Assembly: GCA_965242725.1 (NCBI GenBank)
Contig: CBDESZ010000004.1
Coordinates: 256,001-320,000 of the forward strand
Direction of reading: 5' to 3'
Origin: Alkalispirochaeta sp.
GTDB lineage: Bacteria; Spirochaetota; Spirochaetia; DSM-27196; Alkalispirochaetaceae
Length of the DNA stretch: 64,000 nt
Below are positions 39,176 through 48,117 of the stretch, piece after piece. Each line of letters opens with the position of its first letter. Within the stretch, counting starts at the first letter, position 1. A program made the position numbers and the translations under genes. The notes under the pieces were generated by a model, which was not told where the DNA came from, searched no databases, and saw only the letters and a list, made by a program, of their open reading frames with translations.

Positions 39176-41809
39176 GAGTATGACGAACTGAACCGCCTTG
39201 CAACCGAAGACCCTCCCGGCGGGGGGCGCTATACCTACCGCTACGATGAGGTGGGAAACCTCACGGAGATCCGGGATGCCACGGGGGCGGTGTACCGCTA
39301 TGGCTACGATCTTCTAGGCCGGATGACCGAAGAGGAAAACCGCCTGGGCGACACGGCCCGGTATGACTACGACGGGGTGGGAAACCTGGTCAGGGAGGAG
39401 CGTTTCAGCGGCGAGGTGATCCGCTATGACTATGACCGGATGAACCGGCTGGTTGTACGGGCGTTACCGGAGGGGGATGAGCGCTACGACTACGACCGTG
39501 CGGGGCGGATAACGGCGGCGGAGAACGCTGCGGCGGAGCTCACCTTTGGGTGGGACCCGGCGGGACGACTGACGGAATCGTACAACGCCACGGTAGGCCG
39601 GGGACTACACTATGAGTACGACCGGGCGGGCAACCGGACGGCACTGATCTTTGACGGAAACAGGCGGGTAGGGTACGAGTACGGTGTACGGAATGAGCTG
39701 ACCGCCCTCACCGATCCCGACGGACGGACAACCACCTTTGATTATGATGAGGTGGGTCGGGAGGTGGAACGGGTGCTTCCGAACGGCATCACCACCGCGT
39801 GGAACTACGACCGGGCCGGCCGAGTGACGACGATCGCCACCGGTGGACGGGAGGGACACCTATCCGGGAGGGGCTACACCTATGACCCGGCGGGCCGAAT
39901 CACGGCCCGGGTGGATGAGACCGGGGCGATCCGGGCCTACCGCTACGATGAGGCGGGCCGCCTTGCAACGGTGGCCTATCCCTACGGCAGCGAGAAGATG
40001 CGCAACGACCTCATAGAGCGGATCAGGCTGGGGCTTCTGGAGGCGGAAATTGAAGAAGAGAACGGCGGCGACACCACCACTGGTGACGACGGCCTATCCT
40101 GGAACCAGCCGGGCCCACCGCCGTGGGCGAACAACGACGGTGACAACAATGATAATGAGGACGACGCCGGAGACGACGATCTCATCCCCGATTGGCTGGA
40201 GCCGTATCTGACCGCTCCGCCGGAGATGATGGCGGGAACCCGTCCCCTGGAACAGAACGGCACCGTCTTCACCGAACGCCTCAGACTGGAGAGGGGTGAA
40301 GCGGGTGTCCTTACCGAGCGGCTGCGGGAGATCGGCATTGACGGCGCGTACCTTGATCGTGACCAGTGGGTGTGGCAGGAACAGTTCAGCTACGACACCC
40401 GGGGTAATCGCACGCAGGTGGCAACGGGCTGGGGCGCGATCGACTACACCTACAACCGGGAGAACCGCCTTCTTCAAGCAGGGGAACGGCGCTATGACTA
40501 CGACGGAGAAGGGAATCTGGTCACCGAACGCCTGGAGGGGAGAGAAGTCCGTTACCGGTACAACGGCAGGGACCGTCTCATCGAGGCGAGTGGAGATCTC
40601 CTCTCCTGGACCGAGGAAGGGCCGCAGGCAGAAACGATCGCCTACACCTATGACGCCCTGGGCCGCAGAACGAGCCGGGAAGCACGGTACCGGGCAGGAG
40701 GTGCCGTGGGCTACGACGCCATAGCGTATCTCTCAGACGGCTTAACCGTGAACGTAGCCGAGGAGCTCCGGGACATCATGATCCCCCCGGGCGTGATGGC
40801 GGGACCCCACACCGGAGGGTCGGGAAACAATGGTCGCGCCACCGGCCGCCCGGAGGTATTTCCGGGACCCGAGTGGCTGACCCCGCCACCGTGGCAGACA
40901 TCAGAGCCCCAGGAAATAGCCGAAACAAGTATCCGGCGGTACATCCACGCCAACGGCCGGCTCTTTTCCCACACGGATCTGGTGAATCGCCCGGTATCAC
41001 GGAGCCACACGAGCTGGTATCATCAGGACATGCGGGGTTCCACGATGATGCTCACCGGACGGAACGGCGAGGCGGTAGCGAGCTACTCCTACGACGCCTT
41101 TGGGGTGGTCTTTGACGACCATCCTCCCGTTGGGCGACCCCAACCGACGGTACCGGAGGGAGCACGGGCGGCGGTAGAGCGGGGAACGGAGTACCTTTAC
41201 ACCGGCAAGCGCCTGGACCCCGACACCGGCCATGTCGACTACGGATTCCGTGACTACGCCTCACGCCTGGCCCGCTTCACCACGGTGGATCCGATCAAGG
41301 ATGGGAATCACTGGTATGCCTACGTGAATAATGATCCGGTGAATTACATCGATCCGTTGGGATTGGATTCGGTAACTCCGTGGTATGTCGAGGATGCTCT
41401 AAATGAGAAAGCGCGTGACGATTCCCGGAGGACTGACCACGTCGATAAATCTATCGAAAATGAATCGCGTGATTTTGGTGATAGTGTACGACTCTTTATA
41501 CAGGAACCCAGGGTCGAGGGTGCAGCGCAAACAGTTCTTGGTGTAGGAGTTGTGGTCACAACACTGATTTTTGTCGCGCAAAATCCTCCAGCAGCTATTG
41601 CGACCGCAAATCGAGTTAGCCTTGGAATAACGATTGGAGGACTCCTGTTTGCAAACGGAGTATCCGTTATAGTGACTGGTAATGAGTCACCGCTGAATCT
41701 TGCCGAGATAGTAAGCTCTCCAATGGATGCCGTGGCTGATGCTCTGAGTCGTTGGTTTTTCTCTGATCAGGTATCGGTTCAATCCCTACCCCGCAACAAA
41801 CAGTACTAG
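39176..41809 (+). pseudogene. Orphan 5'-truncated rhs module carrying alternative toxin tip 2 (ORF 39251-41809)
   Basis: Copy of the last ~730 codons of the main rhs core, with no signal peptide or clear RBS, and an unrelated 147-aa tip after DPLGL. Confidence 0.85.
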
Positions 41810-41821
41810 AGGGAGGAGAAT

Positions 41822-42004
41822 GTGAGACAAAGTTCTATTTGGAAGGGATACTGGCAGATATCATTTCCAACCTCGATTTTTGTCGCTGTTTGTGTCCGCG
41901 TATTAGGGGAGGCAAGTTTGATGCACACAGCCTTGTTTCTATCGTTAACACTCTTGGTAACGGCGTTAGGGCACGCCATCGTGGAACGAATTCGACGGTA
42001 TTGA
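41822..42004 (+). CDS. Putative immunity protein for tip 2 (60 aa, two TM helices)
   Basis: GGAGGAG RBS plus GTG directly after tip 2; hydrophobic pair ISFPTSIFVAVCV / ALFLSLTLLVTALG. Confidence 0.65.
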   Translation: MRQSSIWKGYWQISFPTSIFVAVCVRVLGEASLMHTALFLSLTLLVTALGHAIVERIRRY

Positions 42005-42015
42005 GGAGTGAAAAA

Positions 42016-42240
42016 ATGGCAGAAGTGATTGCTTTTGGCATATACGGATTTGCTATCCTTTTGATTGGGTTTTTACTCATACTTGATGGAACAGGAGTTG
42101 TTCGTGTAATCCAGCGCGTCGCAGGAAGAGACCCTGTCAAACAATCCCGTATAGACAAGATCGAGTTGTTTAGCGGCGGGGTGATGGTGGCCATCGGCGT
42201 AGTTATGGTCGCGCTGACTGGAATAGGCGTGTTCGCCTAA
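42016..42240 (+). CDS. Putative orphan immunity protein (74 aa, two TM helices)
   Basis: GAGGAG RBS; MAEVIAFGIYGFAILLIGFLLIL...GGVMVAIGVVMVALTGIGVFA. Confidence 0.65.
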   Translation: MAEVIAFGIYGFAILLIGFLLILDGTGVVRVIQRVAGRDPVKQSRIDKIELFSGGVMVAIGVVMVALTGIGVFA

Positions 42241-42249
42241 TCGGAGACT

Positions 42250-42615
42250 ATGAGGCGCCATGATCCTTACGGGGAGATCGACGAGGCAAGACTCGAATAT
42301 TACCAAAAAACGCTTGAGCGTGTGTTTACCATATTAACATTCCAAAGTGCGAGGATGAACAACGACCCACAAGGGATGTCAGAGGCTTTCGATGAACTAC
42401 AAAACGAAATGAGAGGCGAAGCGGACCCAAACGGCAATCCTCTCTATTCCACGATTAAAATGGAGATCGAAAATATGAAAAGAATTTCTGAATTGAAATT
42501 TCAGAATGCGAACAGAGAGGAAGAATTAGAACGAATCAGTAGTAAACTTACCAGCCATCTTGGAGCACTTGATGAATTGGTAAGTCCGGAAAAGACCGAG
42601 GAATGCAATGATTAA
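42250..42615 (+). CDS. Hypothetical helical protein, possibly a detached Rhs toxin tip
   Basis: Low GC, DPYG near the N-terminus (DPxG-like), overlaps the next gene. Confidence 0.5.
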   Translation: MRRHDPYGEIDEARLEYYQKTLERVFTILTFQSARMNNDPQGMSEAFDELQNEMRGEADPNGNPLYSTIKMEIENMKRISELKFQNANREEELERISSKLTSHLGALDELVSPEKTEECND

Positions 42616-43186
42616 GTGGGATTATTTAAAGGCATTCTATGTTTTGCCAATTCGTCCCTCGTTGACAGAACATATGGCGAGAGACGAAGTCAACAGAAGG
42701 CAATTATTCGTGGTGTATTTTTCTACAACCGTTTTATTGTCTTTGCTATTAAAGTTAGTAGCTCAGATTGTTATTCAACGACCTGTTTCGAGCTTCAGCT
42801 CAATTCACTACGCAGTTTACCTTTTTCGACATGTGCTTGTACTATCCTTTACCGATATCCTCTTCTATTTCGGGATTCAGTATGTCCTCAAAGGAGACAA
42901 GAATGAGGATTATCCTATCCTTGGCTTTACGACGATAACTTTAACAAATCTTCCAGTCGTCTTGGGCAGTTTCATTGTTAGTATTGTTACTGTTACTCCG
43001 TTATATCTATTATTAGTAATATGGAAATTCTATATAGTAAGGACGTTTGTCGGATTGGAGATTGAAGACAAACGTCAACTGAACGTAAGTACGGTGTTTC
43101 TCTTTTTGTATTACGCAATACTTTACTTCGTAATCTCTTGGGCGGTTGCATATTTATTAGTAACAGTCGGGAGAGTATCCACATAG
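42608..43186 (+). CDS. Low-GC multi-pass (about 5 TM) membrane protein, YIP1-like topology, putative immunity
   Basis: Very AT-rich, five hydrophobic segments, start overlaps the upstream ORF. Confidence 0.6.
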   Translation: MIKWDYLKAFYVLPIRPSLTEHMARDEVNRRQLFVVYFSTTVLLSLLLKLVAQIVIQRPVSSFSSIHYAVYLFRHVLVLSFTDILFYFGIQYVLKGDKNEDYPILGFTTITLTNLPVVLGSFIVSIVTVTPLYLLLVIWKFYIVRTFVGLEIEDKRQLNVSTVFLFLYYAILYFVISWAVAYLLVTVGRVST

Positions 43187-43367
43187 GTGAGATGTTAAGA
43201 TGTCCCAATTGGTAAGTACGTGGATCGATCGATTAGTGCGACCACTGGAGCCGATGCGCGATGAGGTCCGACAGATGCCTCGAGAGTGATCCGGGACCGG
43301 GCTGGAGAATCCAGACGGTGACATATGTATGACTTCCCCTATCCGTCGGGGTAACTAAAAATACACC

Positions 43368-43428
43368 TACCGATCCGTGTACTTCTCACGGCATCGAGAC
43401 AAAACACGGCAGAACGCAAGTTCGATAT
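43368..43428 (+). repeat. Copy C of the 61-bp fixed-spacing repeat
   Basis: TACCGATCCGTGT-N9-GGCA-N7-AAA-N5-GCAGAACGCAAGTTCGATAT; similarity with copy B extends over about 43331-43470. Confidence 0.85.
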
Positions 43429-43442
43429 TCATGATCCATAAA

Positions 43443-44099
43443 CCGCCGGAAACGTCTATGAACGACACGTAATGGACCAGCGGGGAAATCTCCGGGCTAT
43501 CGACTATCCCGACGGCACGAGCGAGCGCTGGGAGTACAACGACCGGGGACTGGCGACGGTGTGGACGGACCGGCGAAACAACCGGACAACCTACGGCTAC
43601 GACGAGTATGGCTACCTGAAGAGCGTGACCGATCCGGGTGGAAGACCGGAACGGCGAGACGACAACCTTCACCTATGACAACCGGCACCTGTTGGTGGCG
43701 GTGACCAACGCGCTGAATGAGACGGTGAACTACGCCTACCGCGGCGACGGTCTGATGCGGGAGAAGGTGATAGACGGACGGAGTACCTACCGCTATGAGT
43801 ATGACGAGCGGGGCAACCTTCGCAGCCGGGAGCTGGTGGAGCTGGGAATCGTGACGAGCTATGCATACACCCTTCGGAACAACCTTGAGGTGGTGGAAGA
43901 TCCCCGGGGAATGCGTACCGTCTTTGGCTACGACGGTGCGGGACGGCTGGATTGGGTGCGTGACGCCCTGGGCCGGATCACGGCGGTGAGATACCCCAAC
44001 GGCCATGTGACGATACGGGAGCTGGATAAGATCGGACGGGTGTGGTTTGTCACCGATCCGGCGGGCTTCACTACGGGGTATCAGTACGATCATCTGGGA
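43443..44099 (+). pseudogene. Internally deleted rhs remnant (YD repeats)
   Basis: Mosaic of main-gene segments at about 34531-34570, 34815-34978, 35152-35492 and 35898-36026. Confidence 0.85.
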
Positions 44100-44197
44100 A
44101 CGGCAGGTGATCGAATAACGGGGTTTCGAAAATGTCCGCAGTATGTCACACGATCCCACTCCCCCACGATACCTGTCGGTGATATACTGATATCGCT

Positions 44198-44785
44198 ATG
44201 TCACTGCCGAAAGCACAAGCCGGCGGCTATACCTACCGTGACTACAGGACATGGTCGGAAGACGAACGGTGGGAGCTGATTGACGGCGTTGCCTGGAGCA
44301 TGAGTCCCGCGCCGACACCGGAACACCAGACTATACTTGGGCGTCTCTTTAGAAAGATCGCGGATATTACCGACCGCACGGGGTGTATGACCCTGGTGGC
44401 GCCCCTGGACGTCCGCCTTTCCGACGATCCGTCAACGGACGAGGATGATGTGCCGACGGTGGTCCAGCCGGATATTTCCGTCTTCTGTGATCGGTCCCGC
44501 CTGGATGACAAAGGCGCCGGCGGCGCGCCGGACCTGATCGTGGAAATCCTCTCTCCATCCACCGGCTACAAGGATCAGACGACGAAGCTTGCCCTCTACG
44601 AACGCCACGGCGTGCGGGAGTTCTGGATCGTCAATGGTGATGCGGGATGGGTGATGGTCTATCGGCTGGAAGGAGACGGTCGCTACGGCAAGCCGGACTA
44701 CTACCACCGGGATGAAGCGGTCCGCAGTGACGTTCTCGGCGGTGCCGAAATCGATGCCGATTCTTTTCTGAAACCCCGGCCGTAG
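44198..44785 (+). CDS. Uma2 family (DUF820) endonuclease-like protein, second paralog
   Basis: RWELIDG...MSPAP...HQ, APLDVRL, VVQPDISVFC, APDLIVEILSP, K..LYERHGVREFWIV. Confidence 0.92.
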   Translation: MSLPKAQAGGYTYRDYRTWSEDERWELIDGVAWSMSPAPTPEHQTILGRLFRKIADITDRTGCMTLVAPLDVRLSDDPSTDEDDVPTVVQPDISVFCDRSRLDDKGAGGAPDLIVEILSPSTGYKDQTTKLALYERHGVREFWIVNGDAGWVMVYRLEGDGRYGKPDYYHRDEAVRSDVLGGAEIDADSFLKPRP

Positions 44786-44816
44786 CCGTTCCGCCTATCA
44801 TTGCCTATGGGGTATA

Positions 44817-44975
44817 TCATCGCCGCGAATTGGCGCTGATAAAGAGGGCGGCAATCGCGCCGGGAACCCAGCCGGCGGCGGTGAGCAGCGCCACCAGCAG
44901 GATGGACCCGCACCCCTGGTCCAGTACCGCCAGAGGCGGAAAAATGATGCACAAAATGACTCTTCCCAGACTCAC
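44817..44975 (-). CDS. YqaE/Pmp3 family small membrane protein
   Basis: 52 aa, ILCIIFPPLAV...LLT..GWVPGAIAAL; GGAGG RBS plus GTG. Confidence 0.85.
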   Translation of the reverse strand: MSLGRVILCIIFPPLAVLDQGCGSILLVALLTAAGWVPGAIAALFISANSRR

Positions 44976-45195
44976 GACAGAACCTCCCGTTTGGACGATT
45001 GAAACCGCGAAAGTCGTTACTCGACGTAGAACGGTTTTCCCGGAATAGAACAGATGGTCATTGGTCAACACACCCTATTCCAATATCGGCGACTTGGTCA
45101 CTGGTTTTCGGCAACTGGTAGTGCCGGGACAAGCAGGCACGGTTCAGGACTGTTCCCAGGGCTATTAGCAATATGAAAGTATCGAAAAATATTTA

Positions 45196-45249
45196 TTGAC
45201 AATACGAAAGAGTGGCAGCATGTATATATACAATGTGTTTGTCAAACAC
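45196..45249 (+). promoter_or_regulatory. Promoter/operator region of the transporter-deaminase pair
   Basis: TTGACA at 45196; palindromes TGTATATATACA (45221-45232) and GTGTTTG-t-CAAACAC (45235-45249). Confidence 0.5.
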
Positions 45250-45291
45250 CTGTCTCGGAAACAATCTAACTTTCAGTAGTACGGAGGGTTG

Positions 45292-46644
45292 ATGGTCATG
45301 AAATCAACGTGGAAACGGTTGGTGTTGATCGGTGTGATGTTTTTCGTTGCGGGCGCGCTCTTTGCCGCAGACTTGTCGGAAATACAGGCACCCACGGGGT
45401 GGCGGGCGGTCGTATCGGTTGTTCCCCTTATAGTGATTCTTGGGTTGCTCTTCGCCCGGGTCCACATGCTTGTTGCCGGTCTCGTTGGTGGTGTATTGGC
45501 GATGATCATTGGAGGCATCGGTGTCGGCGGTGCCAACCAGTTCTTTTTACAGGCCTTGCCGACAATGCTTACCATCACCGTGCCGATTGTCAACTCGGCA
45601 ATCGCGATGGCGGTGTTCAAGTCGGGCGGGTATGCGACCTCCCTGACACTGGTACGACGTGGAATCGGTGGGCGGGTTGAGTACTTTGCAGCATTTATCG
45701 TCATCCTTCAGGCGGCGGCGACGTATATGTCCGGCATCGGTGGAGGCAGCGCCATGGTCATCGCCCCGCTGGCATTCGCGGCGGTCGGACCAATACCGGA
45801 GTTGATTGCGGGTATGGCTATTGCGGCGGCAGTCTCTTTTACAACCTCACCGGCGTCTCTTGAAACGGGTGTCGTCTCCCGCCTCGGCGGAATCGAGGTC
45901 GAAACATACGTATCAACGATGAGACCATATTGGCTGCTCTTTGTCGCCTTTGCCGTATTGCTTGCGTTTTTTGGTGCGAAACGACGGAAGGCGGTCTTTA
46001 CCGGCGAAGAGTCTGAGGAATTGAAAACGATGACCACCAAGGAACTCTGGCTCCACACCATACCGGCCATTTTTCTCCTTTTTGCGGTCGTTTTTGGTCC
46101 CGTCATCAACAAAGCCGTCGGGCTGCCGATTTTTGCACCCCTTGTTTACATGGTCGTCACGATCGGTCTTATCTTCTTCTTCACGAAACTGAATCTGGAA
46201 AAATCCGTTGAGGCGATGGTGGACGGTTCCAGCTATATCCTTGTGCGGTTGTTCGGTGTCGGTATCTTTCTGGGATTTATCAATATGATCGGTGACATAG
46301 GTGCCTTTGCGACGATCGTGAGCATGGCCCGGACCGCGCCGGTTGCCCTGATGGTTCCCGCTGCGGTACTCGCCGGATTTCTCGTTGGGGTCCCTGCAGG
46401 GGCGTACGTCGGATCGATTCTTGCTCTGGTACTTCCCATCGCGGTTGCCCTCAATTTCAGTCCCCTTGCCCTCGGTTTTGTCGTCGTCGGTGTCGGATTT
46501 GGCAGTCAGGTCAGTTTTGTGAATATCACGATGCAGGCGCTCTCGTCGGGTTTCCAGATCCCTATCATCGAGGTGGTAAAAGGAAACGCAAAGTGGGTTG
46601 GCCTCTGTACCATAGCCTTGTTGGCCATTTCATTTGTGGCATAG
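45292..46644 (+). CDS. Multi-pass secondary transporter (IT superfamily, GntP/CitMHS-like)
   Basis: About 12-13 hydrophobic segments with a cleavable-looking N-terminal signal (…ALFA); GGAGG RBS. Family assignment tentative. Confidence 0.65.
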   Translation: MVMKSTWKRLVLIGVMFFVAGALFAADLSEIQAPTGWRAVVSVVPLIVILGLLFARVHMLVAGLVGGVLAMIIGGIGVGGANQFFLQALPTMLTITVPIVNSAIAMAVFKSGGYATSLTLVRRGIGGRVEYFAAFIVILQAAATYMSGIGGGSAMVIAPLAFAAVGPIPELIAGMAIAAAVSFTTSPASLETGVVSRLGGIEVETYVSTMRPYWLLFVAFAVLLAFFGAKRRKAVFTGEESEELKTMTTKELWLHTIPAIFLLFAVVFGPVINKAVGLPIFAPLVYMVVTIGLIFFFTKLNLEKSVEAMVDGSSYILVRLFGVGIFLGFINMIGDIGAFATIVSMARTAPVALMVPAAVLAGFLVGVPAGAYVGSILALVLPIAVALNFSPLALGFVVVGVGFGSQVSFVNITMQALSSGFQIPIIEVVKGNAKWVGLCTIALLAISFVA

Positions 46645-46663
46645 GGGATCAGGGAGGTTCACC

Positions 46664-47890
46664 ATGTACGATCTCTTGATTCGAAAAGCACGAATTGCCG
46701 ACGACAGACCGCCTGTGGATGTCGCCGTACGGGACGGAAAGATTTCGGCGATGGAACCGTCGATATCCGGCGACGCGACAACGGTCATTGATGCCGACGG
46801 AAAGGTGCTTATTCCCGGCCTGGTGGAGTCGCACATTCATCTCGACAAGGCGCTCATTGCGGATCGCAAGTTAAACAAGAGCGGCACTCTCAAAGAAGCG
46901 ATCGATGTGACGGCCGCACTCAAACCGACCTTCACCCGTGAGGACGTTGAAGAGCGGGCAACCCGGGTACTCAAGCTCCTGATCCAGAACGGCGTCACCC
47001 ACATCAGGACCCACTCAGAATTCGATCCCAGCGGCGGGTTTACGGGGTTCGAAGTGATTATGGAGTTGCGGGAACGCTTTAAAGGGATTTGCGATCTCCA
47101 GGTTGTTGCCTTTCCGCAGGAGGGGATAATAAAGGCGCCGGGGACGTTGGAAATGATGTACCAGGCGATGGATAAGGGCGCCGACGTCGTGGGCGGTATT
47201 CCCTATAACGATACCGATCCTCATGAACATACGGATATCGTCTTTGAAATCGCCGGAACGTACGATAAGCCGATCGACCTGCATCAGGATTTTAAAGACG
47301 ACGCGGACGCACTGACGATCGAATACATCTGCAAAAAGACGATCGAAACGGGCTGGCACGGGAGGGTGAGCGTCGGCCATCTTACCGCGTTGGGTGCATT
47401 GCCCCCGGAACGCCTGAAAGAGGTGATTGCATTGATGGCGGAAGCGCGCATCAACGTCATGACGTTGCCTGCAACGGATCTTCATCTCGGCGGTCGAGGT
47501 GATGCGTACAACATTCGACGGGCTATTACTCCCGTTCGAGCGCTGCGGGACGGAGGCGTCAACGTATGTATTGGCACCAACAATATCAGAAACGCCTTTA
47601 CCCCATATGGGAACGGTGATCCCTTCCTTACGGCCATGCTGTCGATAGCGGGCTCCCATCTCGGGGGTGCCGATGATCTTCGGACGGTACTGCCGATGAT
47701 GACCACAAATCCGGCGCGGGCATTGGCTCTTCCCGATTATGGGCTCAATGTGGGTTCTCCGGCGGATGCGGTTCTATTGAGCAGCAGAAAAGTAATGGAT
47801 GCCGTTATCGATCTGCCGACACGTGAGTACGTAATCAAGAACGGCAGGGTTATCGTTCATACCACAAAGACCGTTGACGAACGATATTAG
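46664..47890 (+). CDS. Amidohydrolase, cytosine deaminase (CodA)/AtzC-like
   Basis: PGLVESHIHLDKA, QVVAFPQEG, DVVGGIP, IDLH.D, GRVSVGH, NNIRNAFTPYGNGD. Confidence 0.88.
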   Translation: MYDLLIRKARIADDRPPVDVAVRDGKISAMEPSISGDATTVIDADGKVLIPGLVESHIHLDKALIADRKLNKSGTLKEAIDVTAALKPTFTREDVEERATRVLKLLIQNGVTHIRTHSEFDPSGGFTGFEVIMELRERFKGICDLQVVAFPQEGIIKAPGTLEMMYQAMDKGADVVGGIPYNDTDPHEHTDIVFEIAGTYDKPIDLHQDFKDDADALTIEYICKKTIETGWHGRVSVGHLTALGALPPERLKEVIALMAEARINVMTLPATDLHLGGRGDAYNIRRAITPVRALRDGGVNVCIGTNNIRNAFTPYGNGDPFLTAMLSIAGSHLGGADDLRTVLPMMTTNPARALALPDYGLNVGSPADAVLLSSRKVMDAVIDLPTREYVIKNGRVIVHTTKTVDERY

Positions 47891-47898
47891 TTTTCCCG

Positions 47899-47950
47899 CC
47901 GATACGGGAAATCGTATCGGCCGCGGGCATCACCACCTGGTGGTGCCCGC
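47899..47950 (+). terminator. Tandem hairpins after the deaminase gene
   Basis: CCGATACG-ggaaat-CGTATCGG and GCGGGCATCACCA-cc-TGGTGGTGCCCGC. Confidence 0.5.
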
Positions 47951-48117
47951 GTGTTCCAATCGTTAATGCGGTACTTTGACCGGCTGTTCACCTCAAATCG
48001 GTCGGAATCGTGTGCAATTCTTTATTATGGTCCCTGGTAGCGAGATAGTGCTCCTGCCTCGATACCCCCGCAACGGAACTTGTATCTCCCCGATGCAGTT
48101 CCTACAATTGAGATGGT

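Noticed and set aside
32781..44099. CRISPR array or DGR suggested by the repetitiveness
   Set aside because: Repeats are protein-coding YD motifs and long gene duplications. There is no constant repeat-spacer pattern, no cas or reverse transcriptase gene, and differences between copies are not adenine-specific.
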